From positions 19,855 through 83,854 of the forward strand of contig JAGWAO010000023.1 of NCBI GenBank assembly GCA_021296315.1: DNA of 64,000 nt, written 5' to 3'. Below are positions 33,249 through 41,302 of this stretch, piece by piece. The first letter of the stretch is position 1. Each line of letters starts with the position of its first letter. The position numbers and the translations under genes were made by a program. The stretch is from Acidimicrobiia bacterium. Its GTDB lineage: Bacteria > Actinomycetota > Acidimicrobiia > Acidimicrobiales > Aldehydirespiratoraceae. The notes under the pieces were generated by a model. The model saw nothing but the letters and a program-made list of their open reading frames with translations. It did no database searches and was not told where the DNA came from.

Positions 33249-33830
33249 ATGCCGGGTCCCAGCGCCGTTCGGGCAGACGTAGACACGTTTGCCGGGCCGA
33301 TCCGCCCCCGACCGGCGCCTCACACGGTGATCCTCTCTGGGAGCGCGTCGCAGATGAGCAACGCGCAGGTCGCCGCCTACCGCACCACGGGAGCCCCCGC
33401 ATTCCAGCTCGACCCGAGGGATCTAGCCGGCACTGGCAGCGCTGCTCCACGCCAGTGGTTGGAGGACCAGGACCTGAGGAGAGCTCCGCTGGTCTACTCC
33501 ACCGCCGAACCGGAGTTAGTGCGCTCCATCCAGCACGACATGGGGCGGGCTCAGGCCGCTGCGCTTGTGGAGGCCGCGTTGGCCGACTGCGCCCGGGCCG
33601 CGGTCGCTGCCGGGGCGCGGCGGATCGTGGTTGCCGGCGGAGAGACGGCAGCTGCAGTGACCGGGGCTCTCGGCGTCTCCCGGCTCCAGCTCGGGCCCGA
33701 GATCGCACCGGGAGTTCCCTGGTGTTACTTCACGCGTTGTGGTGACACGCACGCCCTGGCCCTCAAGTCCGGGAACTTTGGCACCGACACCTTCTTCTCG
33801 GATGCTCTGGCGGTTCTTGAGCGAACATGA
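33249..33830 (+). pseudogene. otnK: 3-oxo-tetronate kinase (OtnK/DUF1537) C-terminal domain only; 5'-truncated
   Basis: VILSGSASQMSNAQVAAY...RRIVVAGGETAAAVTGALG...LKSGNFG matches the C-terminal nucleotide-binding half of four-carbon acid sugar kinases. The roughly 230-aa N-terminal domain is absent, and an in-frame TAG sits at 33234. Confidence 0.7.
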
Positions 33831-34477
33831 GCGGCGAGGCTGAACTCCGGGAGCAGATCTGTCTGCTCGCCAAGTCGATGTTCGCCCGCCGGCTGACGAG
33901 GGGCTCAACCGGCAATATTTCGGCCAGAACAACCGATGGGGGCCTCCTGGTCTCGCCGACCGGGACCTCGTTCGGGCGACTCGACCCTGGCCGATTGTCG
34001 CGTTTCGACGCAGCCGGCCGGCTGCTCGACGGGGATCCTCCAACGAAGGAGATGCCTCTGCACACGGCGTTCTACGACACACGCCCGCAGACCGGAGCGG
34101 TCGTCCACCTGCACTCTAGCCACTCAGTCGCGTGGTCGATGATGCCCGACGTCGATCCCGAGAATGCGCTGCCGCCGCTCACGCCGTACTCGATCATGCA
34201 ACTCGGAAGAGTGAAGTTGCTGCCCTTCTTCGTGCCAGGTGATCCGGCGATGGGCGAGGCCGTACGTCGCCTGGCCGGTCAACGCTCCGCAGTTCTGCTG
34301 GCCAACCACGGGCCCATCGTCGCCGGTGAGGACCTCGAATCGGCCGGCAATGCGATCGAAGAACTCGAGTACACCGCGGAACTGGCGATGCTCACGCTGG
34401 GTCACCCCACCAAGCCGCTGTCCGAGGACCAGGTCCGGAGTGTCGTGGAGGCGTTCGACATCGATTGGGACGGATAG
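33827..34477 (+). CDS. otnC: Class II aldolase/adducin-family protein (OtnC-like decarboxylase)
   Basis: RGSTGNISAR, SPTGTSFGRL and VVHLHSSHSVAWS motifs. Its start overlaps the otnK fragment stop. Confidence 0.75.
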   Translation: MSGEAELREQICLLAKSMFARRLTRGSTGNISARTTDGGLLVSPTGTSFGRLDPGRLSRFDAAGRLLDGDPPTKEMPLHTAFYDTRPQTGAVVHLHSSHSVAWSMMPDVDPENALPPLTPYSIMQLGRVKLLPFFVPGDPAMGEAVRRLAGQRSAVLLANHGPIVAGEDLESAGNAIEELEYTAELAMLTLGHPTKPLSEDQVRSVVEAFDIDWDG

Positions 34478-34647
34478 GTGCGTGATGGGGGTATAGAACC
34501 CGGATCGGGCGCCGTTGCCGCAGTACAGTCCGCGGGCAGTAGTCGGGCCCAGCGGCACGAGGGGGCAGCACGAGCGAACCGCGGTTCAACCAGCACGGTG
34601 CCGAGATCACCGCGCCGCGCATCTTCAGCTGGGACGAGCTCGATGCG

Positions 34648-35007
34648 GTGCGCTGGGACGCGGACCAGGTGGATGCGCAGATCGTCACCGGTGAGCACAT
34701 GCATCTCATCCGGGCCGTCTACGAGCCGGGTGCGGCCTACGAGATGCACAGCCATCCCTACGAGCAGTTCAGCCTGCTGCTGTCGGGACGCCTGCTGCTG
34801 ACGGTCGGCGACGAGACCCGCGAGATCGGGCCGGGCGACGGCTGGTACGCGCCCGCCGACGTGCCCCACGGGGGCGCGGTCCTCGGCGACGAGCCGGCGG
34901 TGTTCATCGACGTGTACTCCCCGGCGACGGCCTGGATCCTTGACGTGTTCGCGCAGGGAAGGCCGATTCCGGCTGGCGAGCGAGCCGGGACGGAGTCGCA
35001 GGATTGA
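34648..35007 (+). CDS. Cupin-domain protein
   Basis: Cupin motifs AYEMHSHPYEQFSLLLSG and GWYAPADVPHGG. GTG 34648 is the first start codon in the open frame. Confidence 0.7.
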   Translation: MRWDADQVDAQIVTGEHMHLIRAVYEPGAAYEMHSHPYEQFSLLLSGRLLLTVGDETREIGPGDGWYAPADVPHGGAVLGDEPAVFIDVYSPATAWILDVFAQGRPIPAGERAGTESQD

Positions 35008-35924
35008 CCATGGAGAACACGTTCGGCCCCGGTGCAGACCGTTCCGACCTCGCGGCCGCGGTGGCCCGCGACGGCTACGCAGTGGTGCGCAGCGCCGTCG
35101 ACGCCGACACTCTCGCCGCGGTCGCTACCGATCTCCAGCCGTACCTCGACGCCGCCCACACCGGCCACGAGGAGTTCATGGGCAGCCTCACCAAGCGGTT
35201 CGGCGCGCTCGTCGCGAAGTCGACCGCCGTTCAGGCGCTGATCATGCATCCCACCGTGCTCGCAGTCGCCGATCACGCCCTGCTGCCGAGCTGCGCGGCG
35301 TACCAGCTCCACTACACCGGCGTGATGCACCTCGAGCCGGGCGAGAAGCAGCAGGTGCTGCACCGCGACACTTCGGTGTATCCCTTCGCCAACCCGTGCC
35401 CCCCGCTGACAGTGGCCACCATGTGGGCGGTCACCGACTTCACCCGGCAGAACGGCGGCACCAGGATCTGCCCTGGCAGCCACCAGTGGACCAGTGACCG
35501 CGCGCCGGCACGTGACGACGTGATCGCCACCGAGATGCCAGCGGGCTCGGTGCTGATCTACCTGGGCAACGTGATCCACGGCGGCGGGTCGAACCGCTCG
35601 GACAACGCCCGCACGGGCGTGGCGTTGCACTATTCCCTGGGTTGGCTGCGCCAGGAGGAGAACCAGTACCTGGCTGTCACCCAGGAGCAGGCGCGGACCA
35701 TGCCCGACGAGCTCCAGGAGCTGATGGGGTACTCGCTCGGCTCGTCCAACCTCGGCTTCGTCGACCACGTAGCGCCCAAGGACTACCTCCACGGAGTTCG
35801 CGATCCATCCGAGAGCAACCTCAGCCCCACGGGGATGAGCGAGCGGGTCGATGGGCTGCAGCGCTTCCACGTCAGCCACACCGCCCGAGGCCTGGCCCGT
35901 CACTACGACATCGACACCGACTGA
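35004..35924 (+). CDS. Phytanoyl-CoA dioxygenase (PhyH) family protein, paralog 1
   Basis: 306 aa with the Fe(II)/2OG facial triad context (VLHRDTS ... VIHGGGSN). The conserved GWLRQEENQYL block is shared with the paralog at 50599..51561. Confidence 0.8.
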   Translation: MTMENTFGPGADRSDLAAAVARDGYAVVRSAVDADTLAAVATDLQPYLDAAHTGHEEFMGSLTKRFGALVAKSTAVQALIMHPTVLAVADHALLPSCAAYQLHYTGVMHLEPGEKQQVLHRDTSVYPFANPCPPLTVATMWAVTDFTRQNGGTRICPGSHQWTSDRAPARDDVIATEMPAGSVLIYLGNVIHGGGSNRSDNARTGVALHYSLGWLRQEENQYLAVTQEQARTMPDELQELMGYSLGSSNLGFVDHVAPKDYLHGVRDPSESNLSPTGMSERVDGLQRFHVSHTARGLARHYDIDTD

Positions 35925-36061
35925 GAGGCCGAGCGAACAGGCGAGCGGATCCGGCCTCATACGGGCGAGGCCGTGGCCCGAGCGGCCCGTGAGCGCAGCG
36001 AACAAGAGCGGGAAGGACAACGCTGTGACACCACGGATTCTCACCTGTTCGCGGACGCTCT
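35925..36061 (+). mobile_element. GAGCG-rich MITE-like repeat, copy C (137 bp)
   Basis: It starts immediately after the PhyH stop. The arms GCGAACAGG (left) and CCTGTTCGC (right) are complementary. The core is GTGGCCCGAGCGGCCCGTGAGCGCAGCGAACAAGAGCGGGAAG. Confidence 0.85.
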
Positions 36062-36119
36062 GAAGCCTCCGGGCGCCTCCGATAGAGTCGAACACGGAGA
36101 AGTACCCAAGAGGAGGACT

Positions 36120-36404
36120 ATGCGACGCTTCGTCATCGAACGGGACATCCCAGACATCGGCTCGGCCGAGCGCGAACAGCTGCGGGCCGCAGCCGGACAA
36201 TCCAACTCGGTCCTGCAGGCCATGCAGTCCGAGGGCAAGCCCATCCAGTGGGAGCACAGCTACGTGGCCGGCGACAAGACCTTCTGCATCTACGTCTGCG
36301 ACGATCCGGAGCTGATCGACGAGCACGCCGAGCGCAGCGGGTTCCCCGCGACAGTGGTCACCGAGGTGAGAAGGATCATCGATCCCACCACCGAGAAGGG
36401 CTAG
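36120..36404 (+). CDS. DUF4242-like small protein
   Basis: ATG 36120 is preceded by AGGAGGA. MRRFVIERDIPDIGSAEREQLRAAA... (94 aa). The upstream part of the listed ORF is repeat-element sequence. Confidence 0.65.
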   Translation: MRRFVIERDIPDIGSAEREQLRAAAGQSNSVLQAMQSEGKPIQWEHSYVAGDKTFCIYVCDDPELIDEHAERSGFPATVVTEVRRIIDPTTEKG

Positions 36405-36417
36405 CCGCGGAGCAACC

Positions 36418-36948
36418 ATGGCACGCATCGACTTCGGTGACGGCGAGGGGCTCGAGCGCATCCGGATGTGGAGCCTCCAGCCCGACGTGGGCATGGCCAT
36501 GGGGGCCGCGGCCAAGACGCTGTACACCAAGATCTCCCTGGATGTGCGGGTCCGTGAGATCGCCCGCATGCGGGTGGCCCAGATCAACCGGTGCCACATT
36601 TGAATTGACACCCGGTCTGCATCGGCGATGCAGCAAGGACTCGAAGAGGACCTGTACCACCGCGTCTCCGAGTACGCCGACATCGGCGCGTTCAGCGAGG
36701 CCGAGAAGCTGGCGGCCGAGACCGCCGAGCGGTTCTGCTGGGACCACGAGGCCATGATGAGCGACGAGGACTACTGGGCCCGCATGAAGGAGCACTTCAC
36801 CGACCAGCAGATCCTCGAGTTGGTGACGTTGATCGGCTACTGCGTGGCCATGGGACGGACAATGGCCATCCTGGACATCGCCAACGACTGCGCCATCAAC
36901 CAGACCCCCGACCCCACCGAGGACCCGTCCCGCTACATCCACGGCTGA
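36418..36948 (+). CDS. Carboxymuconolactone decarboxylase (CMD/AhpD-like) family protein with an in-frame TGA at 36601-36603 (selenocysteine candidate or pseudogene)
   Basis: ORFs 36418..36603 and 36628..36948 are in the same frame and separated only by this TGA. The joined sequence RVAQINRCHI-[TGA]-IDTRSASA aligns with the family motif RVxQINGCxxCxDxH, placing TGA at the second Cys. A hairpin lies at 36617-36633. Confidence 0.6.
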
Positions 36949-37035
36949 GCTGACCCGGTGGGGCGGCGATGTCGCCCATCTCGCTTGATCGGTGCCGATT
37001 GGCGCTGTTCTACCTAGATTGGTATATTGGTACCT

Positions 37036-37278
37036 ATGGTTCTGAGCATCAAGAGCGCTATGGCAGACCAGCTAGCCCGAGAGCTGGCCGACCTCACGGG
37101 GGAGTCCATCACCGATGCGGTCGTGGCGTCGCTGCGGGCACGCCTCGACCTGGAGCGCCGACGTCAGCGCGACCGCACCCTGGACGACATCATCGAGCGC
37201 TTCCAGCGGTTGCCGATGATCGATGGCCGCAGTCCCGAAGACATCATCGGCTATGACCAGCACGGCCTGCCATCGTGA
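37036..37278 (+). CDS. vapB: VapB-type antitoxin (Rv0623-like family)
   Basis: MVLSIKSAMADQLARELADLTGESITDAVVASL... is typical of this antitoxin family. TATATT at 37023-37028 and tandem TTGGTA repeats lie just upstream. Its stop overlaps the vapC GTG. Confidence 0.75.
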   Translation: MVLSIKSAMADQLARELADLTGESITDAVVASLRARLDLERRRQRDRTLDDIIERFQRLPMIDGRSPEDIIGYDQHGLPS

Positions 37279-37661
37279 ATGTGGTTGACTCGTCCGCGAT
37301 AGTTGCCGTGCTGTTCGGTGAGCCCGGCGGCAAGGACATAGAACGCAAGCTCGTGAGTTCGCCCTGCACCATGTCGGCTGTGACGCATGTCGAGCTCGGG
37401 ATCGTCGTCGAGGCGAGAGCAGGCCCTGCGGGAGCCCAGTTGCTTGAAGAGCTCCTTGCTCGCATCGCGATCAGGATCGAGCCGGTCGATGAGGGCCTTG
37501 CAGGCGAGGCGATCGTGTGCTGGCGCCGGTTCGGCAGGGGCAGGCATCCCGCTGGACTCAACTTCGGCGACACGTTCTCCTATGCGCTCGCTCGCCGAAT
37601 GGGCGTTCCGCTGCTGTTCGTGGGCAATGACTTCTCTCAGACCGACGTTCTCGTCTCCTGA
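37275..37661 (+). CDS. vapC: PIN-domain toxin VapC
   Basis: VVDSSAIVAVLFGEP ... THVELGIV ... NFGDTFSYALA ... FVGNDF: the PIN acidic residues are intact. 128 aa. Confidence 0.85.
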   Translation: MNVVDSSAIVAVLFGEPGGKDIERKLVSSPCTMSAVTHVELGIVVEARAGPAGAQLLEELLARIAIRIEPVDEGLAGEAIVCWRRFGRGRHPAGLNFGDTFSYALARRMGVPLLFVGNDFSQTDVLVS

Positions 37662-37730
37662 TCCCGCGCGGTTCCGGAGCTGAGTCGATTCCTGTGCGGA
37701 GCTGACCGGCCGGCACCGTTCTCGTCTGTC

Positions 37731-38333
37731 TCAGGGCGCGTCCACCAGCACCGCGTCGGCTTCTACGGCCCCGGTCCAGCAGTACAGCAGCACGGTCGGC
37801 GTGGCCCCGAAGTCCTGGCTGTGCACCTGCCAGGGTGTGTGGTGGACGGCGTCGCCCGGCCGGGTGGCCCGCCTGATGCCGTCGATGCTGCCGAACGACG
37901 GCTCGCCGGCGAGGACGTGGTACAGCTCCTCGGCCTCGTGCTTGTGGGCGGGGTAGTGGAGGTGCGGGCCCCACAGTCCGATCCCGACCCTCACCGCGGG
38001 ATGCTCAACGACCGCGTTCGGACCCAGCAGCTGCACGTAGCCGTAGTTGTCGAGGTAGTCCTGGCTCAACACGTCGAGGTAGCCGACAGTCTGGCGCCAC
38101 GGCAGCACCGGAGCGAGCCGGAGGAACTCCTCGAGGACCGCGTCGATGTAGGCATCGCCGCTGGGTTCGACCGCGTCGAGGTGCCGGACCACCGGCAGGA
38201 TGCGGGCCTTGATGCCGGCGGGACCGCGAGCGTGGTCGAGCGCGTCGAGCACCGGTGCCAGCATCGGGAACTCCGGGACCACCGGGCGGCTCCGGTGGAA
38301 GTCGGCGATCCGCCGGAGCAGCCCGTCGATCAC
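37731..38333 (-). CDS. DddL-like cupin (dimethylsulfoniopropionate lyase family protein)
   Basis: Cupin motifs YPAHKHEAEELYHVLAG and PGDAVHHTPWQVHS, preceded by GYVQLLGP. This resembles the DMSP-lyase (DddL) family as recalled. Function is not established. Confidence 0.5.
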   Translation of the reverse strand: MIDGLLRRIADFHRSRPVVPEFPMLAPVLDALDHARGPAGIKARILPVVRHLDAVEPSGDAYIDAVLEEFLRLAPVLPWRQTVGYLDVLSQDYLDNYGYVQLLGPNAVVEHPAVRVGIGLWGPHLHYPAHKHEAEELYHVLAGEPSFGSIDGIRRATRPGDAVHHTPWQVHSQDFGATPTVLLYCWTGAVEADAVLVDAP

Positions 38334-38345
38334 GCCGCGCTCGCG

Positions 38346-38858
38346 CTAAGCGGTGTCGGCAAAGGGTTCGAGCTCGAACAGGCGGAACTCGCGGTCGGTG
38401 ACGGTGACGTACCGGGTCCAGACGGGAAACCAGGCCACCGCGGTCTGCCACCGCCGCTCGCGCTCGGCGCCCTCCAGGAGACGGGCCCTCACCCGCGTCC
38501 GCTTGCCGCGGAACACGATCTCGGCATCGGGGTCAGCGATGAGGTTGGCGGTCCAGGCCGGATGGTGCTGGCGCGCGAAGTTGCTGCCCACCAGCAGGAT
38601 GCGACCACCTTCCAGCGGGACAGCGCCCAGCGGCGTCTCCCGGAGCCGGCCCGTCCTGGCGCCCCTCGTGGTGAGCATGAGCATGGGCTGCGCCGGGGTG
38701 TCGAGCAGGGTGCGGCCCCCGGTGAGCCGGTTGATCGCCCGGTGGAGCGGAGGGAAGACGCGGGGGCCGATGACCCGGAAGGGACGCGACACCAGCACGC
38801 GGCCTGATCCGCGGAACCCTTTCGCGGGTGCGGGCGCCTCGCCGGGTTCGGAGGTCAT
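38346..38858 (-). CDS. Deazaflavin (F420)-dependent nitroreductase family protein (DUF385/Ddn-like)
   Basis: From ATG 38858: ...LMLTTRGARTGRLRETPL...LLVGSNFARQHHPAWTANL...ERERRW, typical of the family. The ATG overlaps the sulfatase stop. Confidence 0.75.
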   Translation of the reverse strand: MTSEPGEAPAPAKGFRGSGRVLVSRPFRVIGPRVFPPLHRAINRLTGGRTLLDTPAQPMLMLTTRGARTGRLRETPLGAVPLEGGRILLVGSNFARQHHPAWTANLIADPDAEIVFRGKRTRVRARLLEGAERERRWQTAVAWFPVWTRYVTVTDREFRLFELEPFADTA

Positions 38859-41137
38859 TGGTGACGCATGACGTCGTCGAGCAGGTCGTCGAGGCCGGGG
38901 AGACTCGACGTGTCGGTGTCGATCACGATCCGCCGGAGATGGGTCAACCGCAGGGGCGGTTCGTACTCGTCGCTGACCGGGAACAGGGTGCTGTAGCCGG
39001 CCGTGGTCCAGGTGCCGTTGGCGGTGGAGATCAAGGGGATGGTGGCGTCGATGGTCGTCGATCCCAGCGACGAGCCGTCGGCGAACTGCTCGACCGTGCT
39101 GCCGCCGTCGACCTCGGCGATCCTCAGTCCGAGTTCGGTGGCTCCTGCAGGCCGGGGCACCGCGAACCGACGAAGCCCGCGATCGGGGGCGTGGATGAAC
39201 GCCACGAGCTCGTCGCCGAGAGCCACCCACGCCCACCCGGCGGTCCAGTTGCCGTGCTCGACGATCACGCCGTCGCCATCGCCGAGGGCGCCGTCGAGTT
39301 CGGCCGCAATGTTGAGCCCACCGAAGATCAAGGGCCCCGCCTGGAAGTTGAGGCGATCGCCGGCGCGGAGCTCGTACGTGCGCCGATAACCCGCGAAGGG
39401 CATGTGGATCAGATGCGGGTTCTGGAGGTACGCCGGGCCGTCCTGGAGCGGCAGCACGTCGTTCCGTTCGGCCTCCGCATCCCAACGGGCTTGAAGCTCG
39501 GCCAAGCGCTCGGGATGGGTCTCAGCCAGGTCCGTAGACTCGGCGAAATCTCGATTGGAGTCGAACAGCATCCACTCATCGGCGCGGAAGTCGACACTGC
39601 CGCCGATCATGTCCCGCTCGTACGGGTTGAACTGGTTGACGTGGTTGGTCACCGCCTTCCAGCCGTCGTGGTAGATGGCCCGACTGCCCCAGCACTCGTA
39701 GTACTGCGTGGTGCGGAACTCGGATGAGCCGGCGTCCGCGATCGACGGGACCATGGACCGGCCGTCAACCGACATCTGCGGCACGCTGCGCACCGATGCC
39801 GGCATCTCGACGTCGAGCAGGTCGAGCACGGTCGGCAGGACGTCGATGGCGTGGCAGTACTGGGAGCGAAACCCTCCGGGATCGGTGACTGCGGCGGGCC
39901 AGCGGACGATCAGCGGATCACGGACGCCGCCTTCCAGGGTGTAGCGCTTCCAGCGCCGCAGGGGTGTGTTGCCGGCGTGAGCCCAGCCCCACGGATAGTG
40001 GCTGTAGCCGCGGTGACCGCCCGCGGTGTCCACGGTGTCCTTCAACCGGTCGAGCGATTCGAGGCCTTCGTTGATCTGGGTCAAGTGGTTGGTCGAGCCA
40101 TGGGGACCGCCCTCACCCGACGCTCCGTTGTCGGACATCACGATGACGATGGTGTTGTCGAGCTCGCCGAGATCGTCGAGACAGTCGATGATCCGGCCCA
40201 GTTGCGCATCGGTGTGGGTCAGGAAGCCCGCGAACACCTCCTGAAGCCGTGCGTACAGCCGCTTGGTGCTGGCGTCGAGATCGTCCCACGCCTCGATCCA
40301 GTCCGGCCGCGGGCTCAACTCGGTGCCGTCAGGCACCACGCCGGACTCGATCTGGCGAGCCAGAGTGTGCTCGCGGAGCGCGTCCCAGCCGTCGTCGAAG
40401 GCGCCCTCGTACGGCTTGATCCACTCATCGTGCACATGGTGCGGGGCGTGGGGCGCGGCGGTGGCCCAATAGAGAAAGAACGGCCGGCTGGGCTGGTGCA
40501 GCCGGAGCTCTCGGATCATGTCGACGGCCTCGTCGGCCATGTCCTCGGTGAAGTGGTAGCCCTCGTCCGGCGTTCGGGGCGGGTCGACATAGCTCTGGTC
40601 GCGCACCAGATCGGGGGTCCACTGCGATTCCTCGCCGCCGAGGAATCCGTAGTACCGGTCGAATCCCTGCCCGGTGGGCCAGGTGTGGAACGGCCCACTG
40701 GGGCCGCGATGGTCGCGCGGCGTGAGGTGCCACTTGCCGATGGCCCACGTCGCCCAGCCCTCCTCGCGCAACACGGCCGGAAGGGTGGCGGCCTCGAGCG
40801 GGATCACGCCGGTGTACCCGGGGAACGGAAGGGGCAGGTCGGGGAACATTCCCATGCCGACGCGGTGGTGGTTGCGGCCGGTGAGGACGCAGGCGCGGGT
40901 GGGCGAGCAGAACGCGGTGGTGTGGAAGTTCGTGTAGCGCAGCCCCTCCGCGGCCAGCCGATCCATGGTGGGCGTCGCGATGGGGCTGCCGTAGCACCCG
41001 AGCTGAGCGAAGCCGCAGTCGTCGAGCACGACCATCAGGACATTGGGACCGCCCACCGGGAACGGGCTCGGCGGGCGCTCCGCCGACGATTCCGCCAGCG
41101 TGAAGCCGATACGCATCTCAGGATCGCTCTCAGGCAT
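38855..41137 (-). CDS. Arylsulfatase (formylglycine-dependent sulfatase family)
   Basis: 760 aa. N-terminal NVLMVVLDDCGF and the FGly signature CSPTRACVLTGRNHH. Confidence 0.9.
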   Translation of the reverse strand: MPESDPEMRIGFTLAESSAERPPSPFPVGGPNVLMVVLDDCGFAQLGCYGSPIATPTMDRLAAEGLRYTNFHTTAFCSPTRACVLTGRNHHRVGMGMFPDLPLPFPGYTGVIPLEAATLPAVLREEGWATWAIGKWHLTPRDHRGPSGPFHTWPTGQGFDRYYGFLGGEESQWTPDLVRDQSYVDPPRTPDEGYHFTEDMADEAVDMIRELRLHQPSRPFFLYWATAAPHAPHHVHDEWIKPYEGAFDDGWDALREHTLARQIESGVVPDGTELSPRPDWIEAWDDLDASTKRLYARLQEVFAGFLTHTDAQLGRIIDCLDDLGELDNTIVIVMSDNGASGEGGPHGSTNHLTQINEGLESLDRLKDTVDTAGGHRGYSHYPWGWAHAGNTPLRRWKRYTLEGGVRDPLIVRWPAAVTDPGGFRSQYCHAIDVLPTVLDLLDVEMPASVRSVPQMSVDGRSMVPSIADAGSSEFRTTQYYECWGSRAIYHDGWKAVTNHVNQFNPYERDMIGGSVDFRADEWMLFDSNRDFAESTDLAETHPERLAELQARWDAEAERNDVLPLQDGPAYLQNPHLIHMPFAGYRRTYELRAGDRLNFQAGPLIFGGLNIAAELDGALGDGDGVIVEHGNWTAGWAWVALGDELVAFIHAPDRGLRRFAVPRPAGATELGLRIAEVDGGSTVEQFADGSSLGSTTIDATIPLISTANGTWTTAGYSTLFPVSDEYEPPLRLTHLRRIVIDTDTSSLPGLDDLLDDVMRHQ

Positions 41138-41302
41138 CGGTCGCCAGTCGCTCCATTCAGGTCCCGCGGCAGGGTATCGAGGGCCACTCCGAGGTTTGCA
41201 GGCTCATGGTCGCACCATCCATCCGGCGCGGTGAGTGGAGTTCGTGTTCAAGCTCTCCATGCGACACCATTGAGAGGTCAGGTCGAGCAGACGGGAGCAT
41301 CC

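Noticed and set aside
35973-36119. Peptides encoded within the GAGCG-rich repeats (for example [16 protein letters not shown]...; also ORFs 5600..5848, 50517..50855 and 56316..56582)
   Set aside because: The similar ARAARE-SEQER peptides simply reflect translation of the same DNA repeat. Frames, starts and lengths are inconsistent between copies and lack ribosome-binding sites. The real DUF4242 gene starts at 36120 behind AGGAGGA.
39851-41302. N-terminal ~480 codons of the 941-aa plus-strand ORF 39851..42676
   Set aside because: This part is antisense to the arylsulfatase gene and has no recognisable motifs. The amidohydrolase homology starts at ATG 41303, which lies in the divergent intergenic region.
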